The notes under the pieces were generated by a model. That model was not told where the DNA came from, did no database searches, and worked only from the letters and a program-made list of their open reading frames with translations. Positions 43,601 to 58,600 of a DNA stretch of 64,000 bases are shown here, one piece after another (position 1 is the stretch's first letter; the number at the start of each line of letters is the position of its first letter). Location of the stretch: contig NC_087436.1 in assembly GCF_036321535.1 (NCBI RefSeq), positions 118,422,001 to 118,486,000 of the forward strand, in the 5' to 3' direction. Source of the stretch: Camelus dromedarius. Taxonomy: Eukaryota. Both the position numbers and the translations under genes were made by a program.

Positions 43601-46600
43601 GGCAGCGAGAGGGCACTTAAGAAATGTGAAGTGTGATCATTTGGTGAATAAACATTTGATGAGCAAGCAAATGAGTGAAGGCACGAGCCGCGGGTGATCG
43701 AATGGTGAACAAAGATGGAGAAGTTTGATGGTGAACAGCAGAGGAAGCGTGGCTGCCCCTGGACGGCCCTGGGAAGATCTGGGAAACTCTGGGAAGACAA
43801 GGCGTGACCACCCACTGGCCCCGGAACGAACACTGCAGGGCAGGCAGAAACAGCTGAGCAGGCGCACAGGTGGGTGGGCAGGGCCTCAGCCTGTCTGGGC
43901 GCTGACCTACCCGGCCCGCCCCGATGAAGGGGGCACCCGGGAAACTAGCCGGGCGGTCTCGGGCCAGGGGACCCCAGCCTCCATGTGCACCTGGAGTCTA
44001 AGGCCAGCGGGGGCCCCTCCCCTCAGCTCCGAGAGCAGTGAGAGGCCACACATCACTGGCAGAAAGAGACACGCCAGGGGCAGAGGCGGGCATCCGGGTC
44101 ACACACTTTCTCTTACCGTTACCTTTTCTTCTGTTGTTATGGTGAAAAGGGCTTCTAGCTGTATTCTATTCTAGAAAAAGAAAAAAAGAAAGCACATCAG
44201 TCAGCAGGTCTCGGCATGGGGCACACGGGCAGTATTGGTGTGTTTCCGCCCCCCGTGCCTGGAGCTAAGCGGGCCTCTGGCTGTTGAGGGGCTGGGGCTT
44301 GCTGGGGCCTCAGAGTCCCTTTGGGGGAAAGGTCTATGTGACTGTGATGCCTCCTTCTCTCCCGGAGGCACGTGTGAAATCCAAACAGCAGCTTCCCTCA
44401 CTGCCAAGACAGCACGGGCAGTGGGCCCCTGGGGTGAAACACACGGGGCTGGGGTCAGGCGGGGCTTCCAGTCCGCCCCTGCTCAGGAAACACGGGGTGA
44501 GCGTTGTGACTGCCATCTGTCCGACCGGGTGGTCTGAGGAGGCCCACTGGGAGCACACACTTCTCCCCACGCGTGGAGGCAGAATGTCCTGCAACCGAAA
44601 AGCCATGCAGGGTTGTGTTGAGAGCGGACTGCCCAGGTCAGGGCTGGCCCGTCACTCACCAGCGCTCTGTCTCTGGACAAGGTATTGACCTCTCTGGGCC
44701 TCAGTGTCTTCATCTGTACAATGGGAATTGTATTCAACTCTAGGGTGGCTGTGAGAATTCATTTGAAGAGTTCCCACATAGGGGGCAGTGCTATGAAAGT
44801 ATTACTGCTATTGGTGTAGATGGCGGTGGCGGTGGTGGCAGCGGCAGCAGCGGTGGCGGTGGCGGTCTTCTCCTTGCAGATAACCTGGCCGGGGGACTTG
44901 CAACTGGACATCCAGTGGGCTAGGCACCCCCCGTGTAATCCTATCATGGCCACTCCAGGGCATTTTCCCCTAACCTGATGGGCCCTGGTGGACCAGTAGG
45001 AAACCCCAGATCCATGCCCTGCAGTTGCTACTGGGAACACTGGAGTATCCCAGACGCATCATGGGCCAGCAGGACAAGCTAAGGGAGGCTCCAGAAGGAA
45101 ATCAAACTACTACCAGCTTCTTTTTTGTTCCAGGAGGGAAATGGAAATTCAAAACAAAAAACAAAACAAGCCTTTAAAGAAGAGACAACTAGGAAGCGAC
45201 CGCTTGGCCCCTTCTGCTCCGGAGCTGTCGGGGCTTCGGAACGTCCACAGCGCCCTGCGAGCTCCAGGCTCTCCTGACCCGCAAACCGAGGCCCGTGTTC
45301 GGCTGCCTCTGCTGCTCTCTCCTGCCTCTGGGTCCCTCCTCCCTGCGTTCACTGACTCCCAGGGTCTAAGCCGAGAGGGGCCGAAAGCGATCTACAGAGC
45401 TGTCTCCACCTCTTTACAAAACCTAAATCCTCAGCCCCTTGCTTCCTACATAAACTTCCAGGCTCGGGAAACATGTTTCAGACGACAGCCTGGAGTCAGA
45501 AGCCACGGGCCATGTGAGACACAGTGATGGTTTCATAAGGTGGGCGTGCGGTTGCTACAATATATTGTAAGAAACTTGAGACGAATGTTCTAGATTTTTC
45601 CTTCTCGACCTCTAACCTTGTATGAATTTGAGGTGCGTGCGTGTGTGCGTGTGTATGTATGTGTCCATGTCCACGTGCATCTAGGTCTGCACTTGTGCAC
45701 ATGTGTGTGAGAAAGCAGCTTCCAGACCCGACACAGGGCACTTCTGACGGTACCGCCTCCTGCTCTGGCGATGAGTCAGGGGCCACTGTCTTTACTGCCT
45801 CTCCACCGCTCTCACGTTGTTTTAAGCTGTCAGAACAAGAAGAGATTTGGGGGGGGTCTTCTCACTCCTCTCTTTTTCGGGTTTGGGTTACTGAAGCCCA
45901 GAGATGTGGAACTGCCTCTGATAATACACCAGGGCAGTGCTCCCACCCCTGAAATCCCAGACACCTCCACACACCGACTTGGAGGATTTCATCCCCTTGG
46001 GCACCTGTAGTTTTAAATAGCTCCTTTATTCTCCCATTTGCAGTGTGAGCCTCTGCACGGCTGACCGCCACGCAGGGCAGACCAGGGTTCTCACCTGGGG
46101 TGGACATGAACCTCACTCAGACTTTGGGTCTGACCAGTTTCAGCCCCAAACACACCTGGCCTTCTTGTCATCATGTAGGAAGGCCTGCGGGTCCCTCAAG
46201 GAAACCGAAGTCCAACCGGGTGAACCGATTAGAGAATGAGGCACGGGAGCGCTCACTGTCACCTAAACTTACCCCTCAGCAAACGCTGGCCTCCCATGAG
46301 CTGCTGCTGAGCAGCAAAAGGAAGGGAGACGCTGACGCTCTACGGGCAGGCAGGCAGGAGCCTGGAACACATGCCATGAAGCCTGGAGCTCTGGAAACTC
46401 CAGGGGGGCTAGGGGACCCTCCACTCTGTCCAGAGAACTGCCCAGAGAGCCCCTGAAGGCTTGGAGGGGGAAGGAGAATGCAGTCCATTTGCAAAGAGAA
46501 AATCATTTCTCTTATGCCCACAAAAGACTGGAGGCATTATGAGACAATTTCCCATTTACAGATAAGAAACCTGAGGCTCAGAGAAGTTAAAAAAGAGAAA

Positions 46601-49600
46601 GCACACCTGCCCAAGAATCATTAGTTCACAGATCTGTTCATTCTTTCACTCAGCACATTTTCACTGTGCACCTAGCGTGTGCGGGGCTCCATTTCAGGCG
46701 CTGAGAACACAGCTGGGAACAGGGCCAACGAGGTCCCTGGTCTCACGGAGCGACCTTCCAGTGGGAAGCAGGGGGCTCCAGGGGATGGAGTCCATAGACA
46801 CAGACAGGCACCAAGCAAAGCAATGGGCAGGAGCCGTCAGGGCGGGATGCCGGGAAGGTCGCCCTGGCGTGAGTGAGGGGCTCCTGGACCGCACGCTTCC
46901 CGCTGCCCCAGCAGCCTCACCAGGCACCTCTGGGAGGCGTGCGGCCACCCTGGCCCGACGTCCTCATGCCCCTGAGAGGAGGTGGAGGCTCCCGGTGCCA
47001 CTGGGTTCCTGAGTTTCTCGCTGTTGGTTTCTGACTGGTGCCTTATCCTAAAGTCTGATTTTAACATACTCAGTTTCCTGTCCTTTGAAACCAGTTAGGT
47101 ATCTCTTCTGGGCCATCTTCTCTCCATTTTTTAAATCCTTTTTTGTCCTCTGTTCTTCACTCCACACTTAATCGTTTTCTGAGACATTTGTCTTCTCTGA
47201 CAGTTTTGTATAGTTTTCTTGTATCTGGTCTTCATCTTTGTGGTATTTTTCATTTTATTCAATTTTATCCAGAATTCTTTTCTTACGGCAGCAGAAATGC
47301 CACACACAGGCCCTTCGGCCTTGTGGCCACTGGGGGGTCCGATTTTGATTCTGTCACGTGGCTGGGGCAGTCACACTCGGAGCCTCATTTTCCTGATCTA
47401 TTAAAAGGTACTTTCCCCAGAGGCTGAAGTCGGAACCACGTGGCCCCAGTAACTAGAGCACGAGCGCCTTTAAGACGAGGACGGCTCTCCTCCTCTGCAT
47501 CCCCAGGAGGGCACAGCGCCGGGCATGGGCCACACAGCCAACCACACTCACCGCCCACATGGATTAACAGAGAGCGGACTGGAAAATGAAGGTGCTAACA
47601 GTAATAGTGTTACAGGCTGAATAACGTCCCCTAAAGCCCGTATGCTGAAGCCCTGGCCCCCAGAACCTCAGAATGTGACTGTGTTCGTGACAGAGCCTTT
47701 ACAGACATGATCAGAGGCTGGGTGGGCTCTAATCCCATCTGACCGGGGTCCTCCTGAGAGGAGGCGACCAGGACACAGACACGCACAGAGGGACGACCAC
47801 GTGAGGACACAGGGAGAAGACGGCCGTCTACATGCTGAGGAGAGAGGCCTCAAGAAGGGGCCAACCCTGCCCCCACCTGGATCTGGACCTCCAGCCCCCA
47901 GAATGGTGAACAAACAAATTTCTGGCGTTTTGAGCCACCTGGTCCACGGTGCCTCGGCAGCTTGAGCGAACCAACACCAATGGGAACTCCTGGTTGAGTG
48001 CCCGTCATGCACGGGACACAGTGCTGAGAAATTCACATCTAGTGATCACGCATCTTCATAATCAGGCCCAGAGAGGGTACGTAGCTACTCAAGGTCACCA
48101 GGAGCTCCGAGGGAGCCTGGTTCACGGTAAAGTGTGTGAGGTCCCAGAGCCCGTGCACTTCTAGAATTCGGTATCACTGAAGGAAAGGAGGAAGGGAGGA
48201 AAAAAAGAATGAACTAGCAGATACTGTGCCCACAGTTTCTAAAGCAGCAGGACAGAAATCAGAGGAACAAAGGCAATACCGGGGATGAAGTCTGGAAGGA
48301 GAGCCGGGCAGGCAGCATCAGGACCTCTCCACCCTCGACGTCTTCCACCTCCAGCGAGGCTGTGTAGCTGACCGAAAAGGAGTCCCCGACTGTTCAGAGA
48401 GAAAGCACATGCGGGTGAGGAGAGGGGCCCCAGTCACACCCCAGACACAGCCGCGCAGAGGAGGCCCGTGTCGCGGCCGACGGCGCAGCGAGGCCCCTCT
48501 GACTCACATACTTATAAGCAGGCAGAATAAACTGGGCAGGCATGCTCACCCCCTCCTTTTTCACTAGGAGGGGGTGTCAGCAGGTGCAAGGAGCTTTACC
48601 TGCCCCTCTGCCCCCACCCAGAACTCTAGGCTATGGAATCCTTAGGATTTTTGTTTTAAACGTCCTCAACATTTACATTTTATTTTTATATAACGATAAA
48701 AGCTAGGATCATAAAGATACGGTGATAAAGACAAAGCTGATGAAGCGATAACACAGGCGAAGGCCACTCATCAGACCTCTCCCTGGCGTGAGACTCTATC
48801 ACCCTCAAAGCATCTGCAGGACGTCAGCCCAGCTGGTCTCCAAACCATGCCCTGAGACGGACGGAGATTACAGTATTTCCTGCTGCGGACACAAAAGGAA
48901 AGTGAGACGGAGAGAGGGGAAGTGACTCGCTTAGGGTCACCCAGTAAACAAGTGGGAAGCCACCCTACCCTCTTGGGCCTGTCATCTTTTCTCTAAATGA
49001 CCATGACTCTGATAAAAAAAAGCAAATGACCATGATGAGGATGACAATATTGCCAGAGTGTCAACAGGCTGGGGTCGGATCGGTCATCTGAGGCTACACT
49101 TCTATACTTATCCTTTGGGAAAAAATTTCCTGCCCACTAAGTTGAAAACCAGTGTCAGATCCCTTGAGATCCTGGTGAGTTCACGAACACAACTGGGATC
49201 CTGCCCTCAGGGCACGTAGAGCCTTGGAGGCAGAGGCATGCGGGCATACGTAGCAATTATAATACGGTAGTAAGAGTGAAAACAGTTGCCGGGGGTTAGG
49301 AGAAGGGGCGACGGGGTTGCTGTTCAGTGGGGAGAGAATTTCAGTTACACAGGATGGAAAAGTTGTGCAGCTCCACTGAGCACAGGCGTACAGCTAACAA
49401 TGCCGTCCTGCACACTTACAAGTTTTTAAGACGACAGCTCTTATGCTATGTGTGTTTTTACCACACACACACATAAAAATAATCACAACAGAATAGCCTC
49501 TGACTCAGCAGCACTTTACAGAGGCCAGATCGTGTTGCAACGGTGCTTTTCTCTGGGGCAGGGTATCACTCAAGTGGCAGAGCGAAGGCTTACCACGTGC

Positions 49601-52600
49601 AAGGTCCTGGGTTCAATCCCCAGTACCTCCTCTAAAAGGAAAGAAACCTAATTACTCCCCGCCAAAAAAACAAAACAAAAAAACTGAAAAAAGCATGAAT
49701 AAACTCCCTTATCCCAAATTCAGGGGTTCAGGGAGGAAAGTGCTGGTTCTCATTATCACGTGTGACACCCGGAGGTCAGAGAAATTAGGTGGTTTCTAAA
49801 GGCCAATACTACCTTAAGAGTTGGGGGCTGGGATTTATTTTGACATCATTGAAAAGAAAGGCACTAAAGATCACTTAGCTGGGAAACATTCTGACACTGC
49901 TTAAACCAGAGCCAGCAGAGATCGCCACTTGTGGGCCAACTCCACTGGCAGCTTCCGTCAACAAGGTGGTGTTAAGAAGGGTTCTGAGGCTTCGTCTAGG
50001 CTCAGAGAGAAAGAGTGGCGGGACTGATGAGCGGCGTGGGCCACACGTGTGGAAGCGGGGAGGTCGGAGCGAGTCCTCGGCACGTGAGATGTGAGATCCA
50101 CCATACGTAATGGTCACGGCCTGGATGGGGGAGCCAGACTGTCTGAGTCTGAAACAGCCTTGACTGCCAGCCCGATGGCCTCAGGCAAGTTCCTCACCGC
50201 TTGGGTCTTTTCATCTGTAGACGAGGTACCCCCTCAGAATAAAAGAAGTCTCACCTTCCCAGAAAAACTGACAGCTCTAGAGACAGAGGAACAACTGAAT
50301 CCCAGAATTGGTTTTAAGTCTTCCTAATGAAATAATGACAATTCGCCTCAGGAAACACACCTCCGAAAGCCAACCAGGGACAGCATCATGCTCTGAAAGG
50401 CAACAAATCAGCAGTGGAGGTGCTCCTGTGACCACTCCTGACAGTGCCTGGACGTGTCATGAGCGAGCTTCCAGGGCCGATGCCAAACCCCTCTGTCCAG
50501 CACTCCCCAAAACAAGCTCTTCCTTTGAGTGAGTGATGGAGATTTTGGTCATCGGGTGATGGATATGCCGGCATGCACTATGAACTCGATCTTAGTGTAT
50601 GTTTGAAATTTTTCATAATAAATATTGAGTATATCTATTTTTAAAACTCTTCCCCCAAATCCCACCTCCCTCTAACTTAAGTGACAAACCCAGTTTCCTG
50701 GCTGCAGACACTGAGCAGCAGTCTCCTCTGACACCCCGAGAGCAGCATCCGTTGTGAGGATGCACTGTGTGAACACGTCATGTGTCTAAGGCTATGCTGG
50801 CCACATCTCCCACGCTCTGCGAGCATCGGTGCGTATTTTCAGCATTTTCCACCCCTGACATTGTACATGGCGCTCTTACCTTGCAGAAACTTCTTCCTGA
50901 AAGCCTGGAACCCTCTTGAGGTCTGGTTACCAGTCGATTCCCTAACGGTCAGGCCAGTGATGTTGTCCAACAGGAGCAGATCAGAGAGGTTGGCGGCCGC
51001 GGGCGTCCTGGTGTTGTTCACCAGCAGTTGTATGTGGGCCACCGGCCACTCGCTCTGCGAGGACACCCAAGACAGGAGGTGAAGTGAGGCCAGACTTGCC
51101 GGCAAACCCAACTTCCCAAAATGAGTCTCCGGCTTGACTTGCGCCCGTTAGATCTTTAAAGGGCAGGAGGATTATGGTCTCACAAAGGTTCTGAGGATTT
51201 CTCAGGTCTGACTTCAAGGGCCCCAGGAGAGTTTTGACTTCTGCTTGCCAAGCTGTTTCACAGAAACCAGGGCCCTGAAATGCAGCGAAATCATACCCCA
51301 GAGTAACTTTGAAGAAAAAGCACCCGAGCACAGACCCACAGGCAGGCTGGGGAAACTGACAACTGGGGTCACCAAGGAAAGCAAACAGTGGCTCCCTCTT
51401 ACTCTATTCTTTTGAAGATTCAGCCCCAGCCAGGTCAGGGCCTCTGACTGCCATCTGATCTCCAGGACCGCAGGTCCCAAGCTGGACTCCAGCCTCCAAG
51501 CCAGTCTCCCCCATCCAGGTTCTGCCCGGCCATGTGTTCGAGTACCTCAGCTGGTGGAAGCCATCCAGGGGTCCAGCCGCTGGGCTCCCCAACAGGCTTC
51601 TGCAACCCTGCCCTGCCCCCTCTCTCTAGGCCACATCTCCCAGCTCTCCTGCCCCTTCTTCACCCCAGTTCTGCTGAAAGAGATGCAGGAGCTAAGAGAG
51701 GGAAGCCACGCATGTCCCAAGGGGAGTGAGCTTTGAAATGTAATAGTGAAAAGAGCAAGTTGTAGAACTTGGTGTACAGGATGCACGGGCACCTGTGTAG
51801 AAAAGGGGAAGAAAAAAGTACGTGTATGTACGTGTGCATGTACACACATCTACACGCATGTACACACACATGCTCGTAACTGCACGCATGGGCCAGAAAA
51901 CAGCTCCAGGACACGAGAAACTGGTAGCACCAACTGTACTCAGGGAGGGGAGCCAGACAGCTGAGAGCCTGGGTTAAAGTGAGGGTTATGCAGACACAGG
52001 AAACAAACTTCAGTTACCAAAGGGGAAAAGGGGTGACGGATAAGTTAGGAATTTGGGAATAACAGACACACACTGCTATATATAAAATAGATAACCAACA
52101 AGGACTGACTGTACAGCCCAGGGAACTATGTTCAATATCTTGTAATAACCTATGGTGGGAAAGAACCTGAAAAAGAATAGGTTTATATATATGCATATAT
52201 GTAACTGAATCACTTTGCTGTACACCTGAAACTGACACAACATTGTAAATCAACTAAACTTCAGTAAAAAGAAAGAAAGAAAAAAAGAAGAAAAGAAAAG
52301 AAAATGACGTTTGTGCAGTAAAGGGTTAACTCAGCAGGCTGGGACTGTCCAAACGCTGCGCATCCCAAAATGAGGGCTGGTCCTGGACCAGCTCCTGGGA
52401 GATTGACCTCTAGAGTCTTCAGAACGTCCTACCTGGTGAGATTGTCTTCATATACCCATGGCCTTGGGCCACACCAGGAGTCTACGCTAACAGTGTGATT
52501 CGTGGTGGGGGCCTTGGGCCCAGCGTGACCTCTGGAGGGAAGGGAGACTGAATAACCGAGGTCAGCGACATGGGCGTTCCGCACCAACGTGACTGGTCCT

Positions 52601-55600
52601 CAGTAAAAGCCCTGGACTCCACAGCTCAGGAGAGCGCCCCGAGTTATGTCACATGTCACTGCTGGGAAACCTACATGCTGCCCCTGCAGCTCCGCCAGGA
52701 GGAGACAGGGCCGTCTTGGGCCGGCGTCTCCGGAGCTCTGTCTAATGTGCCTTTCACTTTGCTGACTTTACGTCATTTGCTGTAATGAACTGTAACTGCG
52801 ACATCAGCTGTTCTGAGCTGAGTCCTCTGAAGGAGCCACTGAACCTGAGGGTGGTCTTAGGGACCTCCCAACACAAGGACAATGTGAAAGCCATCTCATG
52901 AGATTAGTAAGGATCAAAGACCTAAAAGACATTAAATACATTTTTAAGCTGTCAAGCATCATATAAATGTTAAAATCTCAGAGAAAATATACACTCTCTT
53001 TCCCATTTTAAACAATGACAGAGGATTTTCACTCACAATAATTATACTGTTACCAAAAAATCTCAGTCTTGGTGCTGCCATATAAAATATAAGGTCCCTA
53101 CGGGTCAGCCCCTCCTCACCCGTGCTCAGATGTGGCTGGATAACCACGTGACTTGCCAGCTCCCAGCTAATACATGATTTGGGCAAATTCAATTATTTCC
53201 TCTTTAAGTCTAAGCCACCCATGAACACTTACCACTGCACATTTCTGAAAAATGACTCCATTCTCAGAAGTTCCTTGAATGTCTCTTGAAATGTCCCCAT
53301 ACTACAATCAAATACAGAAATTATTAGAAAATGAAAAATATTTCATGCTACACTTATAAAGCTTTTAAAAGCAGGGTGAGCAGGGTTGCTTCTGCTGGTA
53401 CAGTAACTTTCTTCAATCCTGAAGATTTTTTCAAAAAGAGTGTATAAGGACTGGAACTTAAAACCTATGAGGAAAGAAGGATGTGGACCTGTGCTGACAC
53501 TGGGGCTATGTCCTGCTCCTGGGTAAAGGACACTGTTGTCACAGGGACTCAGCAAACCAGGGCTTACATTTCAGTAAGAAGCGTGTTTGCAGAGCTATGG
53601 AAAAACCCTTTAATGACCACTCACAGATCCTGTGTGTCCCCTGGCTGTCACTGCCGGAGCATATCAGCCACACAGTGGGGACAGAGGAACATGGACCCCA
53701 GCACGTCCGGGAGCCTCCTGGGAGCTGGATCCACCATCAGTGAATGGAGAATCTGGGTTTGGCCTCTTCCAACCCTGTGATGACTGCCCTGGAGGGGTAT
53801 CAACAGAAAGCCAGGGCTGGCCTAGCTCCCGCGGCCCCTTGTAATCACAACGGATGCTGGCTCCTTTCTGCCCTTGCCGTGTGTCCTGAGATCCCAGTGC
53901 TGCGGTACAGACACACCATTTAAACCAGGCAGGACCCTAATCTCACCGAGGAGGCTTCCCTTTGCCTCGCCTCCCCGCTCTCTGCCCGCCCACCCCCACC
54001 TCTGAATCACAGACCACAGCAGCTCTCAGTGATACCGACAATCAGAGCAACAGCAATTCTTTCCCAAGTGCAAGGCGTATGCCCATCCCTGTACACACAT
54101 GAATTCTATTTCTCCCATTTTACAGATGAGGAAACTAAGGCTCGGGAAGGTTAAGTCACTAGCCCAAGGCTGCACAGGCAGGAAGCTTGGACTCCATCCC
54201 CACCAGTGTGTCTCCATATCCTGTGGTTCCTCCACAGCGCACATCCCCTCCCCAAAGCATGAGCCTCTCATTGGACAGAAATGAGCGAAGACACAAAGAG
54301 TGGAAGTGATATTCCCGAGAACACGCTGACCACAGACAGCAGCGCGAGCTGCCCGGGCCTCTGATTCCGGTTGAGCATTCTGGCCCCCACCCCACCCTAA
54401 TGCTCTGACGTGCCAGGACCCTGATGAGTCTTTGAGAACAGAGATCTGGCTTTCTATCCTTCTGGTCCCCACACAGCATCCTGCAAACAACAACTGAAGA
54501 AGCACAGCCATTGAACAGACAGAGGAGGGTGATGGGGCACAGAGGTGCTGCCGTGGGAGGGGCTGCGCCACCTGTCGCAGGAGAGGACTGGACAGAATAA
54601 GAGGACCGCCTTGGTGGGGTGAGTGGCTACTCCACATCCTGAATCCCAGAACCTGGGAACAGAATGTGACCTTATTTGGAAGGTCTTGGAAGATGTAATT
54701 AAGCAAAGGCTCTCAAGACGAGATCATTCTGGATGTAGGTGGGCTGGATTGAGGCAGGCCAGAAATGCAATGCCAGGGGTCCTTAGTAGTGACAAAAAAG
54801 GACAAAACACACACAGAGAGAAGGGGCCATGAGAAGGCGGAAACAGAGTGTGAGAGTGAGCGGCTAGGGCCAGCTGGCTGTCAAATGCGTCCTGATGTCA
54901 CTGTGAATGTGCTCTTTGGATGAGATCAACATTTAGGTCAGTGGACTTTGAGCAAAGCAGATAACTGTCTATAATATGGGTGGGCCTCACCCAATCAGTT
55001 AAGGACTTCACAAAAAAACACTGAGGTCCCCTGAGGAAAAGGGAACTCAGTGGCAGACACCGTTCCAACTTGAGCTGCAACATCGGCCTGCCTTGCAGAT
55101 TTTGGACTTGCCAGCCCCATCACCACATGAACAATTTCTTAAAATAAATCTCCCCCGCTGTCTCCCTCACATATGCGCATATATATATACGTGCACGTGT
55201 GCGTGTGTGAATGTGTAAACACGTGTATATACACACATCCTGCTGGTTATGATTCTCTGGAGAATCCTAATACAGAGATTGGTGTGATGCGGCCAGAAGC
55301 CAGGAACATGACCGGAAGCTGAAAGAAACAAAGATGGATTTTCCCCGACATGCCCTCGGAGGGAGCGTGGCTCTGCCAACACCCTAACTTTGGACTTCCA
55401 CTTCCAGAATTGGAAGGGAATAATGTCATTGTTTGAAGCCACCAGGTTGGTGGTAATTTGTTACACGGCCCTAGGAAACTAGTACAAACACTTAGCCGGC
55501 GGCCAAGAAGGGGCTTGTAGCAATGGTAGCCTGTTGGCTGAACTCAGTGGTTCTCAAGCCTTTTTAAGTCATGGAAGCGTAGGTGAGAGACAGCCCGACG

Positions 55601-58600
55601 TGGAGCCAGCACATCACACAGAATGCGAGCAGCCTCAGGAGCAGCAGTCGAGCAGGGGCTCCAAACCCCGGCTCCGCCACCTCTACCTGTGGGACCCGGA
55701 ACAAGCCTCCTAATCTCTCCGATCTCCAGTTTCCTGTCAGTAAAACAGGAGCAAAAATAGTACCTGCTTCAGAACTTGCAATGAGGCTCCAATGAGATCA
55801 CGCGTTGAAAGTGCGAAGCCCCGTGCCTGGCGAGTTGGAAGTATTTGTTAAACCCTCGCCACGACCACTGGTAGCAGCGTTTTTATAACAGGCGCTGGTG
55901 ACTCCATCTGGTTAGAGCACAGCCCCTCACCCTGCTTTAGAACCAGCAGGCGAGGCCGCCTGACGATCAGATTCACACGTCCCATCCAGCAAAATGCTGT
56001 ACGTTGTGCAGAAACTGCAGCTCTCCCGAAAGAAAAATGGATTTGCTCCCTCCTAATAACTGTATTCAGTGAAAGAATAGCTTTTCTTGAGGAACAAAAG
56101 CCTGTGACATTCTCTACATCTTTGGAACAAAATTGGCTTCTTTACAACTTGATATGTCTTTTTTAAAGTATCGAACATGTTACTTACCAAGAGATGTGTT
56201 ACAGCAGACTCTCTTTTAAACAAGGTCTTCCTGGGCAGGAAGGCTGTAAAAGCAAACACGGGATGAAGCCACAACCCACTGGTGGCTGCAGAAGTCCTGG
56301 GTGGGGTCGAGACCTCAATTTTCTTATTGAATTTCAGTCCAAATGGTGCGTCCACTGCAAAGAGCAATGAACTTGTATTATATAACGCAGACTGGCAGGG
56401 CGACGCAGCGGCTCAACGCCAGAGGCAAACCGCACGGCCCGCAGAAGGCGCTGGGAAAACCTTGGCGGAGGAAGTCAATGAATGAATGCCTTACCACTTC
56501 TCTGCCAAGGAAATGAGATGTTCTCACTGGGAGGCTTAGAGACTAAGGAGAATGTCACTCCCAGTGTGCGCTCCTTCCCTGGGCTGTATGCTGAAATGTC
56601 CGTCCTGGGTCCCACACCAGACCTGCCGAATCAGAACCACTGGGCAAGGGAGGTGTCCTGGGTGATTCTTACCCACCTGGCATCAGACAGCCCTGGGTTC
56701 GAATCTGGCTCTGCCTCTCCCCAGCTGTGTCGGTGGGAAAGCCAGCTAACCCCTCTGGGCCTCAGTTTCCCTAACTCCACAGTGGAGAGAACGGTAAGTT
56801 TTACCTTGCTTTGTCCTTCGGAGGCCCTGTCTCTTCTGCGAGTGACACTGATCATTACTACAAGGAGGGTCTGACCACTGCCAGACACAGCGCCTGCTGA
56901 ACTACCCCATGTGGACTGCTTCCTCTAGAATTTTGAAAATTCATAAGCACCATGTGTAGCACAGAAATGTCGCTTAAGAGGTGCTGGCTGGGGTGTTAGG
57001 CATTGTCCTGAGTGAAAGCTGCTCTAATGCTAATCAGCTGTGTGACCCTGGGCAGGTCAGCTGAGTGCTCTGAGCCTCAGTTTCCCTCACTGGGAATGTG
57101 GTGAAAACATCCATCAGACAGGGCAGCCTAAGGAGAAGGGAAATGACACACTGTGTGTGAAAGTGCTTATGAGCACTAAATGCTTAACACTAGACAGTCC
57201 CACTCCTGTGCATCTATCCGGAGGAAGTTCTCCTTCAAAAAACCACAAGCACCCCAGTGTTTCTAGCATCACTATGTGTAAGACCTGGAAGCAATCTAAA
57301 TGTCCAATGACAGATGACTGGATAAAGAAGTTGTGATACACACACACACTGGAATACTACTCAGCCATAAAAAGAATAAAATAATGCCATGTGCAGCAAC
57401 ATGGATGGACCTGGAGATCATCACACTAAGTTAAGTAAGCCAGAAAGAGAAAGGAAAATACCACATGCTATCACTTATATGTGGAATCTTTAAAAAAAAT
57501 GAGACAAATGAACTTATTTACAAAACAGAAAGAGACTCACAGACATAGAAAACAAACTTATGGTTACCGGCAGAAAGAGGGTAGAAGGGATAAATTGGGA
57601 GTTCGAGATTTGCAGATTTGCAGAAATATAACATAGATAAACAACACGTTTCTACCGTGTAGCAGAGGGAACTGTATTCAATACCTTAAAATGACCCATA
57701 ATAAAAAGGAATACATGTGTGTATATGTATGACTGAACTATTATGCTGTACACCAGACATTGACACAACATGGTAAACTGACTAAACTTTAATTAAAAAA
57801 AAAAATAAAGCTAGAAATGTATGCTTTGAAGGGACCTGAGTTGTGGAGCTGTGCCTTTTCGACGTTTCTCTTCTATCCAAATACAAATTGTATGTTGACT
57901 GAGCATGAAGTCTATTTTTCAGTCTTTCTCACACAGCATATTGATAGCAAGGTCTTTAGAAGTGCTTTTGAAACCTTCTTTACAGAGTTTCTAAATATGT
58001 GTAGAAAAAATTAAAATTTGAAAAAAAAAAAAAAGACACGGAACTGAATCCTAGATAAAATCAACATCTTTTTCCCTAGAATATCATCTGTGGTTGATTC
58101 CGCTCAGGACGTCGGAATGGGGACAAAGGTAAGCATGGAGGGACTGACAGCCTTCGCCATGGAAACAGGCAGGTGCCCTCCCAGGCCAGCTGCTCAGTCA
58201 GGATTGTCTCGGTCAATCGCATAAGCAGGACTGGACGCCCGCCTCTGGACAGCCCAGCCGCTCAGGCTAGGGGACAAATGCTGTCCAATCAGCACATGGA
58301 TGTAAAATCTCAAGGTCAGTACAGGTGTTACCTCTGGTTGGGGCATCTATGCCCCAGGCTCCTCCAGGCCCTCAGAAGGCCCAGCCATAGCCTCTGATGA
58401 AGACTTGCAGGAGGGCAGGCCCTGCTGTCAGTATAGAAGGAAGTCAAGCTGTAAAGTGCCCTTCACCAGCCACTGTGTCATCACTCAGCGGCCTCCCCTC
58501 CAGCACCACTGTCACACGGGTCATCTGTATGTTTGCCCAAGTGTTTGGATGCACCCTCATTCCCTCGCTTCAGGGCAGCCATGTGCCCGGAAGCTTCTCC

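Noticed and set aside
54026..54706. 226-aa minus-strand ORF
   Set aside because: Runs through MLT1 and MIR remnants; no recognisable protein
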